A DNA stretch of 64,000 nucleotides, taken from NCBI GenBank assembly GCA_002269645.1, contig NIVC01002629.1:32670-96669 (forward strand), in the 5' to 3' direction. Source of the DNA: Macrostomum lignano. Lineage: Eukaryota. Under the pieces are notes generated by a model that did no database searches, was not told the DNA's origin, and was given only the letters and a program-made list of their open reading frames with translations. Positions within the stretch are counted from its first letter, which is position 1, and each line of letters begins with the position of its first letter. Positions 50,001 to 59,660 of the stretch are shown here, piece by piece. Made by a program: the position numbers and the translations under genes.

Positions 50001-53000
50001 AAACCCTTTACGGTGAGAATCTCAGATCGAACAAGATGCCAGCTGTCATGCGTACACCTGGGAAGTTAAGAAGGTGATTAAAAACTGAAATGAGTCCTTC
50101 AAATTCCATAGATTTGAAGTATTGTTTGTGCCATGCCAAGTTAGAAAACGGATGTACCCTAAGCTGAAATCCCATAGAATAAAAATTGTGTTTAGCAAAG
50201 GCTGATATTGGATTGCTCCGTGAACGCCGTTTAAAATTTCTGTGAAGCTTCGAGCCTGCGAAGCTTCGAGCTTGTGAAGCTTCGAGCTTGTGAAGCTTCG
50301 AGCCTGTGAAGCTTCGAGCCTGTGAAGCTTCGAGCTTGTGAAGCTTCGAGCTTGTGAAGCTTCGAGCTTTTGAAGCTTCGAGCCTGTGAAGATTCGAGCC
50401 TGTGAAGCTTCGAGCTTGTGAAGCTTCGAGCTTGTGAAGCTTCGAGCCTGTGAAGCTTCGAGCCTGTGAAGCTTCGAGCTTGTGAAGCTTCGAGCTTGTG
50501 AAGCTTCGAGCTTGTGAAGCTTCGAGCCTGTGAAGCTTCGAGCCTGTGAAGCTTCGAGCTTGTGAAGCTTCGAGCTTGTGAAGCTTCGAGCTTGTGAAGC
50601 TTCGAGCCTGTGAAGCTTCGAGCTTGTGAAGCTTCGAGCTTGTGAAGCTTCGAGCTTGTGAAGGCGAGTCAGAAAGTTGCGTATTGTCTATGCCCAGCCC
50701 ATTTTTTTTCTGCAGTATTTCAACTCTGGATGCCCGTCTTCTAACTTAGCATGACAAAAGCAACATCAAACCCTTTGCCACCAGTAGGTTCCGTGTTTCG
50801 CTCGCAATTAAGCATGGGTGATTCGCTCACAATATTGACAATGTTGGCACAACAACAGAGAGCCTTTGCTGCGTTTGCTCTGATCGGGGCCGCACTGTGC
50901 TGCACAAGCGCGAGCGTGTGCGGAAATCATGCTGAGTAGCAGGTGCATGGAATTAACTGAGAGATTAACTTCACTTGGCTACAGGCTCAGCAGATTCGAA
51001 CTCGGCTTGCTACAACTAATAATATACACCCACAGATCATGGTACAGTGTCTCGGGATGCAAAATTACATTATGCACACTGACATGATGATGCACACTGA
51101 CATGATGATGCAAAGTGACATGATGATGCACAGTGACATGATGATGCACACTGACATGATGATGCAAAGTGACATGATGATGCACAGTGACATGATGATG
51201 CAAAGTGACATGATGATGCAAAGTGACATGATGATGCACACTGACATGATGATGCACAGTGACATGATGATGCAAAGTGACATGATGATGCAAAGTGACA
51301 TGATGATGCACACTGACATGATGATGCACACTGACATGATGATGCAAAGTGACATGATGATGCACACTGACATGATGATGCAAAGTGACATGATGATGCA
51401 AAGTGACATGATGATGCAAAGTGACATGATGATGCACACTGACATGATGATGCACACTGACATGATGATGCAAAGTGACATGATGATGCACACTGACATG
51501 ATGATGCAAAGTGACATGATGATGCAAAGTGACATGATGATGCAAAGTGACATGATGATGCACACTGACATGATGATGCACACTGACATGATGATGCACA
51601 CTGACATGATGATGCAAAGTGACATGATGATGCACACTGACATGATGATGCAAAGTGACATGATGATGCACACTGACATGATGATGCAAAGTGACATGAT
51701 GATGCACACTGACATGATGATGCACACTGACATGATGATGCACAGTGACATGATGATGCAAAGTGACATGATGATGCACACTGACATGATGATGCAAAGT
51801 GACATGATGATGCAAAGTGACATGATGATGCACAGTGACATGATGATGCAAAGTGACATGATGACGCAAAGTGATATGATGATGCACGGTGGCATTATGC
51901 AGTGACATGATGATGCAAAGGGACATGATGATGCACAGTGACATGATGATGCACAGTGACATGATGATGCACAGTGACATGATGATGCACAGTGACATGA
52001 TGATGCACAGTGACATGATGATGCAAAGTGACATGATGATGCACAGTGACATGATGATGCACAGTGACATGATGATGCACAGTGACATGATGATGCAAAG
52101 TGACATGATGCAAAGTGGCATTATGCAAAATGACATGATGCAAAGTGACATGATGCAAAGTGGCATGATGCAAAGTGGCATGATGCAAAGTGACATGATG
52201 CAAAGTGGCATGATGATGCAAAGTGGCATGATGCAAAGTGGCATGATGCAAAGTGGCATGATGCAAAGTGGCATGATGCAAAGTGGCATGATGCAAAGTG
52301 ACATGATGCAAAGTGGCATGATGATGCAAAGTGGCATGATGCAAAGTGACATGATGCAAAGTGGCATGATGATGCAAAGTGGCATGATGCAAAGTGGCAT
52401 GATGATGCAAAATGACATGATGCAAAGTGGCATGATGCAAAGTGGCATGATGATGCAAAGTGGCATGATGCAAAGTGGCATGATGCAAAGTGGCATGATG
52501 CAAAGTGGCATGATGCAAAGTGACATGATGCAAAGTGGCATGATGATGCAAAGTGGCATGATGCAAAGTGACATGATGCAAAGTGGCATGATGATGCAAA
52601 GTGGCATGATGCAAAGTGGCATGATGATGCAAAATGACATGATGCAAAGTGGCATGATGCAAAGTGGCATGATGATGCAAAGTGGCATGATGCAAAGTGG
52701 CATTATGCAGTGACATGATGATGTTAAAGTGACGGAGTTGTATAAGTCCATTTTTCCCTCCACAATGGGGGAGCAGCGCTGTTTCTAAGAAATTGTTTGC
52801 TTTTATCAGGGGGATGGTCGGTGTCCCTCGGGGAGGACGCGGGACCTCCATGGACGTCAGCGCGAACCTCCAAGTCGCAGTCGGCGTCCCTCATTCCGGG
52901 AAACATCAGACTGAAGGAGTTTCGCCTGCCAGAGTTTGGCGGCCGTAGACTGGCGATCACCTGGAGCGAAAATTGGCGAGTTGGGGAAATCGTTTGCGTT

Positions 53001-54180
53001 GCCATGCGGATGCTCAGGCCTGGGGACGCTCTGCCGATCGATGCTTCGGAGTGGATGAGGTCTTGAGCAACAGGGGGAAGCAGACGATGAGGGGTCAGGC
53101 AGAGCAGCCCAGTGATTGTAATTGATTTCTCGTCAACAGCAGAGCCGGTCGCGGGCAACTCACGCCTGCCGACATCCGCTTCTCGTTGCGCCTCTCCCGG
53201 CTCCGGTCTGAAAGATGGGGCGAGGCGTCAGAGCGGGGGTTGGAAGATGGGGAATGCTTCACTTCAGTTGCCAAGCTATTTTGTGCAGCCGGAGGGGGGC
53301 TGCGACATGAGGAAAGAGAGTCGGCGGGAACAAAGGAGAGCCATGAGATTTTTATCATGATTTGATTTGACAGCATCCGAGACACTTGTGCCCATTAAAT
53401 CATTCATTGACCCCTAAAGCAGAAGGACGCCGCTGTACTCGCAAAATTGCAATTGGAGCAAAGTGTGCTCTCAGTTAAGTCAGAGAGTTGCGTGTTGTCC
53501 ATGGCCCAACCCCGTTTTTATTCTGTCGGCTCTCAACTTGGGGTGTCTGTTTTTTTCTCGTTTGACGTTTGGGTTTCGCAATGATTCGAATGGGTCCTAC
53601 CATAAACAAAACTCTGTTGTAAAGCAAGACAAAACTCAATATTATTTGCGACGCGTTTCGGCTAAAACTAGCCATCTTCAGGCACTATCGAACAGACTTT
53701 ATTTCAACCTATTAAATACTGTGTTCCATTTAAGTACTCATAAAGTCAGTCAATTTGTTGGGAGTTTAAAGTCTCGTGTTCCGTACTCATAAAGTCAGTC
53801 AATTTGTTGGGAGTTTAAAGTCTCGTGTTCCATGTGCTCTCAAGGCAGGTGTCATCTATCGTTTTCGTTGCTCTGTTGACCAGAGCATTACCTACATTGG
53901 TAAAACCAAGCGACACCTTCTCACGAGAGCCAAGGAACATAGGCAACGAAACTCTCCGATTCATGAACATTTGCTGCAATGCCATGGTTGTTGTGATGAG
54001 CCAGACATAACCTCTCATTTCAAGGTCATAGACAACAGCAAAAATGAGCATAAACTTAACATTCTTGAAGCTCTGCACATTAAGTTACACAAACCCACTC
54101 TCAATGTCCAACTATCTGGAGGAGGTGCGAGTGAACAGCTGTTGGTGTTCTAAGCTAGAGTACATTTGGGGCGCATACGC

Positions 54181-54217
<37 letters not shown>

Positions 54218-57200
54218 CTCTGTCCTGTCATTCCACAAAAAATATTATGAACATTGCTATACTGTACATTGATCCTTTAGTCCTTTTATATCTTTTCAAT
54301 ACCTGATTTTGTCGTCTACACAGTATTTAATAGGTTGAAATAAATTCTGTTCGATAGTGCCTGAAGATGGCTAGTTTTAGCCGAAACGCGTCGCAAATAA
54401 TATTGAGTTTTGTCTTGCTATTATCTGTTAAGAGTGCTTCTCTACCGCAATTCTGTTGTAAAGATTCCATTTAGAAACAGATACTAAAGACATTGGAACA
54501 CTTTATAGAGTAGTCAGATAAAGTTGTGGGTGAACCTCGGTCAAAGTATAAACAAGCTGGCAGGGTGGAAGGGTGTCCCGCCAAAAATGTTACTAAAAAT
54601 AGCAACTCGTCAAACCAATTGGATTTGCGTGTACAATAAAAATCTTAGGGGGGGTCGAGATCCGTACATTTTAAGTGTAAATTCCTTAGGCGCGTCAGTA
54701 TCGATCGCTAGTGCGTACATTAAGCCACTCGACCAGGCCTATTTGAACTTAGCAATGCCCCTAAAGTCCAGTTTGTCCAGCCCAGACAGCCGAACTTTAA
54801 ACTCGCGCACAGACAGGGGCACACGAGTAAGCAAAGAAAAGGTTCCCCGTTTCGGCGCAGCCTATTCAAATGAGAAAAATTGGAAATTTCCACAAGTCTC
54901 TCCTCTGGGACCTGACAGCCCCGGCCAAGCATTGACAGGCTAAGAAGAGAGTGTAGTGCCAGCCCGCGGTGAAATAAATGACCACCGACCGCACTTCTTT
55001 TTCTTTCCGTCTCTCTTCTCGTTTTTCTTCTTCTATTCCAGCCAGCAAGAAGTTCTCGATGTCGCTTTTCTATGCGATCCCGCCAAATCCGGGCTGCATT
55101 TATTTCTTAGAAAGCTGGAGAGTCAACGAACTCGCGCCTTGAATTTCTGGACTGCGCCTTGGATTTGGACTTTGGAGGCACTTGAAGTGACATTGGGTGC
55201 GAACTGGGGAACATTGTTCTGAGAACATTGAACTGAGTGTCATTGACATAGTGACATAGTGAGACTAAAGAGAGTGACCTAGGACTCTAAGGGGAGTGAC
55301 CTGAGACCACAAAGGACAGTGACCTGGGGACACCAAGGGGAGTGACCTGGAGACACTTAGGGGAGTGACCTGGAGACACTAAGGGGGAGGTGACCTGGAG
55401 ACACTAAGGGGAGTGACCTGGAGACACTTAGGGGGAGGTGACCTGGAGACACTAAGGGGAGTGACCTGGAGACACTTAGGGGAGTGACCTGGAGACACTA
55501 AGGGGGAGGTGACCTGGAGACACTAAGGGGGAGGTGACCTGGAGACACTTAGGGGAGTGACCTGGAGACACTAAGAAGGGAGGTGACCTGGAGACACTTA
55601 GGGGAGTGACCTGGAGACACTTAGGGGAGTGACCTGGAGACACTAAGGGGGGACCTCGGAGACACTAAGGGGAGTGACCTGGAGACACTAAGGGGAGTGA
55701 CCTGGAGACACTAAGGGGGGAGGTGACCTGGAGACATTAAGGGGAGTGACCTGGAGACATTAAGGGGAGTGACCTGGAGACACTAAGGGGGGAGGTGACC
55801 TGGAGACATTAAGGGGAGTGACCTGGAGACATTAAGGGGAGTGACCTGGAGACACTAAGGGGGGAGGTGACCTGGAGACATTAAGGGGAGTGACCTGGAG
55901 ACACTAAGGGGAGTGACCTGGAGACACTTAGGAGAGTGAGTGGTCCCCAGCACCCCAGAGACGTACCAGAGATGAGCTCGGTGTCCAGCTGTTTGTGGAA
56001 GAACTGCTGCGCGAAGATGCCAGCCAGGTTGCCGGTCAGCACTCCGGGCCCGACCACTCCGGCCGCTGCCGCCCGACCGCCGATTGACGATGACGTAGAC
56101 AGCGAGGAAGAAACCGACGGCGACTCGGCGACGGAGACATCGGCGCCGCCGTCGCTGGAGGCGGACGCCAGGGTGGCGAGGCGCCTGGAGCCAGTTGGAG
56201 TGTTCATGGGCTTCTGGGCGCTGCTTGCGGGCTGAGGCGCGGAGTCAGTGTGCTCGGCTGGGCCATTCGGTACAAGTAAGGGGGACCGGCCGGCAGCCAC
56301 CCCAACCTCCGCAAGCGCTGATTGGCTGTCGGTCGAGAGTGGCTGAATTCCAACGCATCTTCGTCTTGTTGTTCGGGGGGGGGGACAAAATAGGGAATTT
56401 TTCCCAGCCAGCTGGGGAGCTGGCTGCGTAGAAATTCGGAAAGTATTGCGGACTGCTTATTCCGAAAGTTGTGTAATTAGGGGTCCTTTGTTTTTGGACC
56501 AAGCATGGTTTCACGCGCTGAGTCGGTTCACTTCAGAAGTCTTTGACCTCGTAATGAGGCAACCTGAATCCCATTGGGTTTTCTATTCTATTCTATTCTA
56601 TTCTATTCTATTCTATTCTATTCTATTCTATTCTATTCTATTCTATTCTATTCTATTCTATTCTATTCTATTCTATTCTATTCTATTCTATTCTACTCTA
56701 TTCTACTCTATTCTACTCTATTCTACTCTATTCTACTCTATTCTACTCTATTCTATTCTATTCTACTCTATTCTATTCTATTCATCCTATTGGAATATTA
56801 TGAGTATGATTTTTACAATTATCAGTCATCAGATTGGTTTTGCTGTGAAAACACATGAAAATACAGCGTGTAAAATGAGTGCATTGCTACTACAAGTAGG
56901 AGCGCACGCGACAGCGATGGAAAGCTTGCGGATTTGCAAGAAACGGAATTAAAAAATTCATTATTCAAACCTGCCTTTATTTTCCGCCGACTGCGCGAGC
57001 CCTTGCCGAAGATGGCGGCGGCCGCGGCGGATGCCGTCTCCCCGGACGGCAGGCTCTCCTGACTGCCGGCGATGCGACTCGTCAGGCTCGTCAGGCTGTC
57101 GTGCAGAACTCGGAGATGCGGCGACTCCGTCACCGACTGCCGCTTGTGCGCCGCGGCGCAGCTGTCATGGCTGCTGCCAGTCGAGGTGGCGGAAGAGACG

Positions 57201-59226
57201 GCGGTTGCGGCGGCGACGGTGGAGAGCGGCGCGGCGGCGGCGTGGCCCGTCAGACCGGTGTCCGAGCCCGAGTGGGCGTGCAGCGGCAGGGCGGGCATCG
57301 TGCCCCACACGTGGCACTGGTCCATGGACATCTGGGGGAGAGTGCAGGCCGACTGACTGTGGGGTCCGCGACTGTGGGATCTGTGACTGTGGGATCTGTG
57401 ACTGTGGGATCTGTGACTGTGGGATCTGTGACTGTGGGATCTGTGACTGTGGGATCTGTGACTGTTGGATCTGTGACTGTGGGATCTGTGACTGTGGGAT
57501 CTGTGACTGGGGGATCTGTGACTGGGGATCTGTGACTGCTGTGTGGGATGCCTTTCTTTTACACATTCCGGGCTGAGTGCACCGCTCATCGACAACTCAC
57601 CGCCGTTTTCCTTGACAGCCGGAACTGATTGCGCCGCTGAAATCGAAGACGAACCTCTTCGCCGATTGACTGGCTGAGCTGAGGGCTTCTGAAGAAGTTT
57701 GGGTTGCGTGCGCTGAATGGTTCAGAAGGGGATCGGGTTTGTGGGTTTTTCAGTGGGTCAATGGATCAGTGGGTCAGGGGATCAGTGGGTCAGGGGATCA
57801 GTGGGTCAGGAGATCAGTGGGTCAGGGGATCAGTGGGTCAGGAGATCAGTGGGTCAGGGGATCAGTGGGTCAGGGGATCAGTGGGTCAGGGGATCAGTGG
57901 GTCAGGGGATCAGTGGGTCAGGGGATCAGTGGGTCAGGGGATCAGTGGGTCAGGGGATCAGTGGGTCAGGGGATCAGTAGGTCAGGGGATCAGTGGGTCA
58001 GGGGATCAGTGGGTCAGGGGATCAGTGGGTCAGGGGATCAGTGGGTCAGGGGATCAGTGGGTCAGGGGATCAGTGGGTCAGGGGATCAGTGGGTCAGGGG
58101 ATCAGTGGGTCAGGGGATCAGTGGGTCAGGGGATCAGTGGGTCAGGGGATCAGTGGGTCAGGGGATCAGTGGGTCAGGGGATCAGTGGGTCAGGGGATCA
58201 GTGGGTCAGGGGATCAGTGGGTCAGGGGATCAGTGGGTCAGGGGATCAGTGGGTCAGGGGATCAGTGGGTCAGGGGATCAGTGGGTCAGGGGATCAGTGG
58301 GTCAGGGGATCAGTGGGTCAGGGGATCAGTGGGTCAGGGGATCAGTGGGTCAGGGGATCAGTGGGTCAGGGGATCAGTGGGTCAGGGGATCAGTGGGTCA
58401 GGGGATCAGTGGGTCAGGGGATCAGTGGGTCAGGGGATCAGTGGGTCAGGGGATCAGTAGGTCAGGGGATCAGTGGGTCAGGGGATCAGTGGGTCAGGAG
58501 ATCAGTGGGTCAGGGGATCAGTGGGTCAGGGGATCAGTGGGTCAGGGGATCAGTGGGTCAGGGGATCAGTGGGTCAGGGGATCAGTGGGTCAGGGGATCA
58601 GTGGGTCAGGGGATCAGTGGGTCAGGGGATCAGTGGGTCAGGGGATCAGTGGGTCAGGGGATCAGTGGGTCAGGGGATCAGTGGGTCAGGGGATCAGTAG
58701 GTCAGGGGATCAGTGGGTCAGGGGATCAGTGGGTCAGGGGATCAGTGGGTCAGGGGATCAGTGGGTCAGGGGATCAGTGGGTCAGGGGATCAGTGGGTCA
58801 GGGGATCAGTGGGTCAGGGGATCAGTGGGTCAGGGGATCAGTGGGTCAGGGGATCAGTGGGTCAGGGGATCAGTGGGTCAGGGGATCAGTGGGTCAGGGG
58901 ATCAGTGGGTCAGTTTATCAGTGGGTTAGGGTATCAGTGGGTCAGGGGATCAGGATTCAAACTCCCACTCACCTTTCCGGCGAGCCTCCGACGGCGCCCA
59001 AGCCGCTTTCCTCATCGCCGAGCTCGATGCCGCGGCTGACTCGATTGGTTGCCATGAAAACCATTGGCTGCGTCTGCGAGCCCGGCGCCGCTGCTGTCGC
59101 CGCTGCTGCCTCCACTGCGGCCACTACTGCTTCTCGTCGAGTCAGGGTGGAGCTGGGCGAGATGCTGAACTGGGCGAAGCGAACATCCTCGGTCTCGGTG
59201 AGCGGCTGCCCGCTGCCTGACGACAT
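43605..59226 (-). CDS. PLEKHG5: DH-PH Rho guanine nucleotide exchange factor, PLEKHG5/6/7 family. Exons 59226-58973, 57688-57601, 57352-56971, 56257-55967, 53207-53164 (tentative), 52960-52868 (tentative), 49688-49548, 49297-49157, 48016-47705, 47281-47108, 46090-45836, 44809-44677, 44086-43605
   Basis: Motifs match PLEKHG5 from memory: LDLEPSW, QQAAIWELFQTE, LLTEVNTDRLF, GFVRFGEIFQPCADYC, PLQRITKYGLLL, LDLTRPMP...EGELRLRD, CLLFTDLLLLTK...LLRPPIPLE. The exon chain is phase-consistent. The 5' low-complexity exons are less certain and further upstream exons are possible. Confidence 0.9.
44103..44507. repeat. 14-16-bp GGGATGCTGAGTGT / GGGATGCCGGGTGT minisatellite
   Basis: Seen directly. Confidence 0.92.
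44677..44809 (-). CDS. PLEKHG5: RhoGEF PH-domain exon
   Basis: DARCLLFTDLLLLTKCGKRSNLRLLRPPIPLERL; TTCCAG acceptor, GTGAGT donor. Confidence 0.92.
45350..45770. repeat. 31-bp minisatellite CGTCCCTCGGCTGCACCCACCTCTCCACTCT
   Basis: Seen directly. Confidence 0.94.
45836..46090 (-). CDS. PLEKHG5: RhoGEF DH-PH linker exon
   Basis: IAHTTDFCSRLN...LDLTRPMP...EGELRLRDEKGK; GTAAGA donor. Confidence 0.92.
46264..47060. repeat. 30-bp minisatellite CTCCAGCCCTAAGCTACGGCAATGTACATT, about 26 copies
   Basis: Seen directly. Confidence 0.95.
47108..47281 (-). CDS. PLEKHG5: RhoGEF DH-domain exon
   Basis: LKSLLTMPLQRITKYGLLLQEVLRHT. Confidence 0.93.
47705..48016 (-). CDS. PLEKHG5: RhoGEF DH-domain exon
   Basis: LQSSCGLLTEVNTDRLF...GFVRFGEIFQPCADYC. 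Confidence 0.93.
48009..48590. repeat. 45-bp minisatellite whose unit spans the RhoGEF intron/exon junction, about 13 copies
   Basis: Minus-strand unit GTGTACATCACCGGTGCTTTATCAGCGTCCCCGCCCTCCCCCAAG; the real junction is CCCCCAAG|GTGTACATC. Confidence 0.95.
49157..49297 (-). CDS. PLEKHG5: RhoGEF exon, start of DH domain
   Basis: KQQAAIWELFQTEINILRHLKTII; GTGAGC donor. Confidence 0.9.
49372..49520. repeat. (CTCA)n microsatellite, read as (GTGA)n on the transcribed strand
   Basis: Seen directly. Confidence 0.93.
49548..49688 (-). CDS. PLEKHG5: RhoGEF exon preceding the DH domain
   Basis: DKLAEQLRQLEANGLPRP...LDLEPSWDRVV; CCTTCAG acceptor, GTGAGT donor. Confidence 0.88.
50246..50663. repeat. 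16-bp minisatellite TGTGAAGCTTCGAGC(T/C), about 26 copies
   Basis: Seen directly. Confidence 0.95.
51072..52722. repeat. 18-bp GACATGATGATGCA(CAC/CAG/AAG)T array grading into a 15/18-bp GGCATGATGCAAAGT array
   Basis: Seen directly; explains ORFs 50979-52851. Confidence 0.95.
53634..53691 (-). ncRNA. Second, inverted copy of the hammerhead motif; sense to the host RhoGEF pre-mRNA
   Basis: Exact reverse complement of the core at 54361-54392. Confidence 0.78.
53776..54153 (+). CDS. C-terminal GIY-YIG endonuclease domain of a Penelope-like element (truncated)
   Basis: GVIYRFRC...YIGKTKRHLLTRAKEH...IHEHL...LEALHIKLHKPTLNVQ. Confidence 0.88.
   Translation: MFRTHKVSQFVGSLKSRVPCALKAGVIYRFRCSVDQSITYIGKTKRHLLTRAKEHRQRNSPIHEHLLQCHGCCDEPDITSHFKVIDNSKNEHKLNILEALHIKLHKPTLNVQLSGGGASEQLLVF
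54351..54408 (+). ncRNA. Minimal type I hammerhead ribozyme motif
   Basis: CTGAAGA (54361-67), T, stem II GGCTA-GTTT-TAGCC, GAAA (54383-86), palindromic stem III ACGCGT, GTC cleavage triplet at 54390-92. Confidence 0.8.
55270..55930. repeat. About 23-bp minisatellite GGGGAGTGACCTGGAGACACT(A/T)A
   Basis: Seen directly. Confidence 0.93.
55967..56257 (-). CDS. RhoGEF N-terminal low-complexity exon (...LAGIFAQQFFHKQLDTELISG)
   Basis: Phase 1 at both ends, GTACGT donor, high GC3. Confidence 0.65.
56581..56782. repeat. (TTCTA)n / (CTCTA)n pentanucleotide microsatellite
   Basis: Seen directly. Confidence 0.96.
56971..57352 (-). CDS. RhoGEF N-terminal Ser/Ala-rich exon
   Basis: Open high-GC3 frame; phases fit the flanking exons. 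Confidence 0.7.
57355..57540. repeat. 15-bp minisatellite CTGTGACTGTGGGAT abutting a RhoGEF acceptor
   Basis: Seen directly. Confidence 0.94.
57601..57688 (-). CDS. RhoGEF small N-terminal exon (SPQLSQSIGEEVRLRFQRRNQFRLSRKTA)
   Basis: CTTCAG acceptor, GTGAGT donor; phases 2 and 0 fit the neighbours. Confidence 0.6.
57762..58952. repeat. 16-bp minisatellite GGGTCAGGGGATCAGT, about 74 copies
   Basis: Seen directly; fills the intron 58972-57689. Confidence 0.96.
58973..59226 (-). CDS. Most 5' confidently linked RhoGEF coding exon (MSSGSGQPLTETEDVRF...)
   Basis: ATG 5 nt after a CTCTTCAG acceptor; GTGAGT donor in phase 2. Confidence 0.6.
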
Positions 59227-59261
59227 TTGCGCTGAAGAGGGCGATTGGTTGATAATTGACA

Positions 59262-59660
59262 GACAGCATTGACAGCACTGACTGGCAGTTGACAGACAGC
59301 ATTGACAGCACTGACTGGCAGTTGACAGACAGCATTGACAGCACTGACTGGCAGTTGACAGACAGCATTGACAGCACTGACTGGCAGTTGACAGACATCA
59401 TTGACAGCACTGACTGGCAGTTGACAGACAGCATTGACAGCACTGACTGGCAGTTGACAGACATCATTGACAGCACTGACTGGCAGTTGACAGACAGCAT
59501 TGACAGCACTGTCTGGCAGTTGACAGACAGCACTGACAGCCAGTCAACAGACAGAATTGACAGCATTGACAGCACTGACAGCCAGTCAACAGACAGAATT
59601 GACAGCATTGACAGCACTGACTGGAAGTTGACAGACAGCATTGACAGACTGGCTGACAGC
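59262..59660. repeat. 33-bp minisatellite GACAGCATTGACAGCACTGACTGGCAGTTGACA
   Basis: Seen directly. Confidence 0.93.

Larger units (their letters stand above)
53613..54463 (+). mobile_element. 5'-truncated Penelope-like retroelement with inverted terminal segment and 12-bp target-site duplication
   Basis: GIY-YIG ORF; inverted repeat 53623-53724 versus 54318-54419 with one mismatch; TCTGTTGTAAAG at 53613-53624 and 54452-54463; hammerhead motif in the repeat. Confidence 0.88.

Noticed and set aside
50979-52851. His-rich, Met-rich and Cys-rich metal-binding-like ORFs
   Set aside because: An intronic 15/18-bp repeat open on both strands.
57704-59272. 522-aa Gly/Ser-rich + strand ORF
   Set aside because: A 16-bp repeat plus the antisense of a RhoGEF exon.
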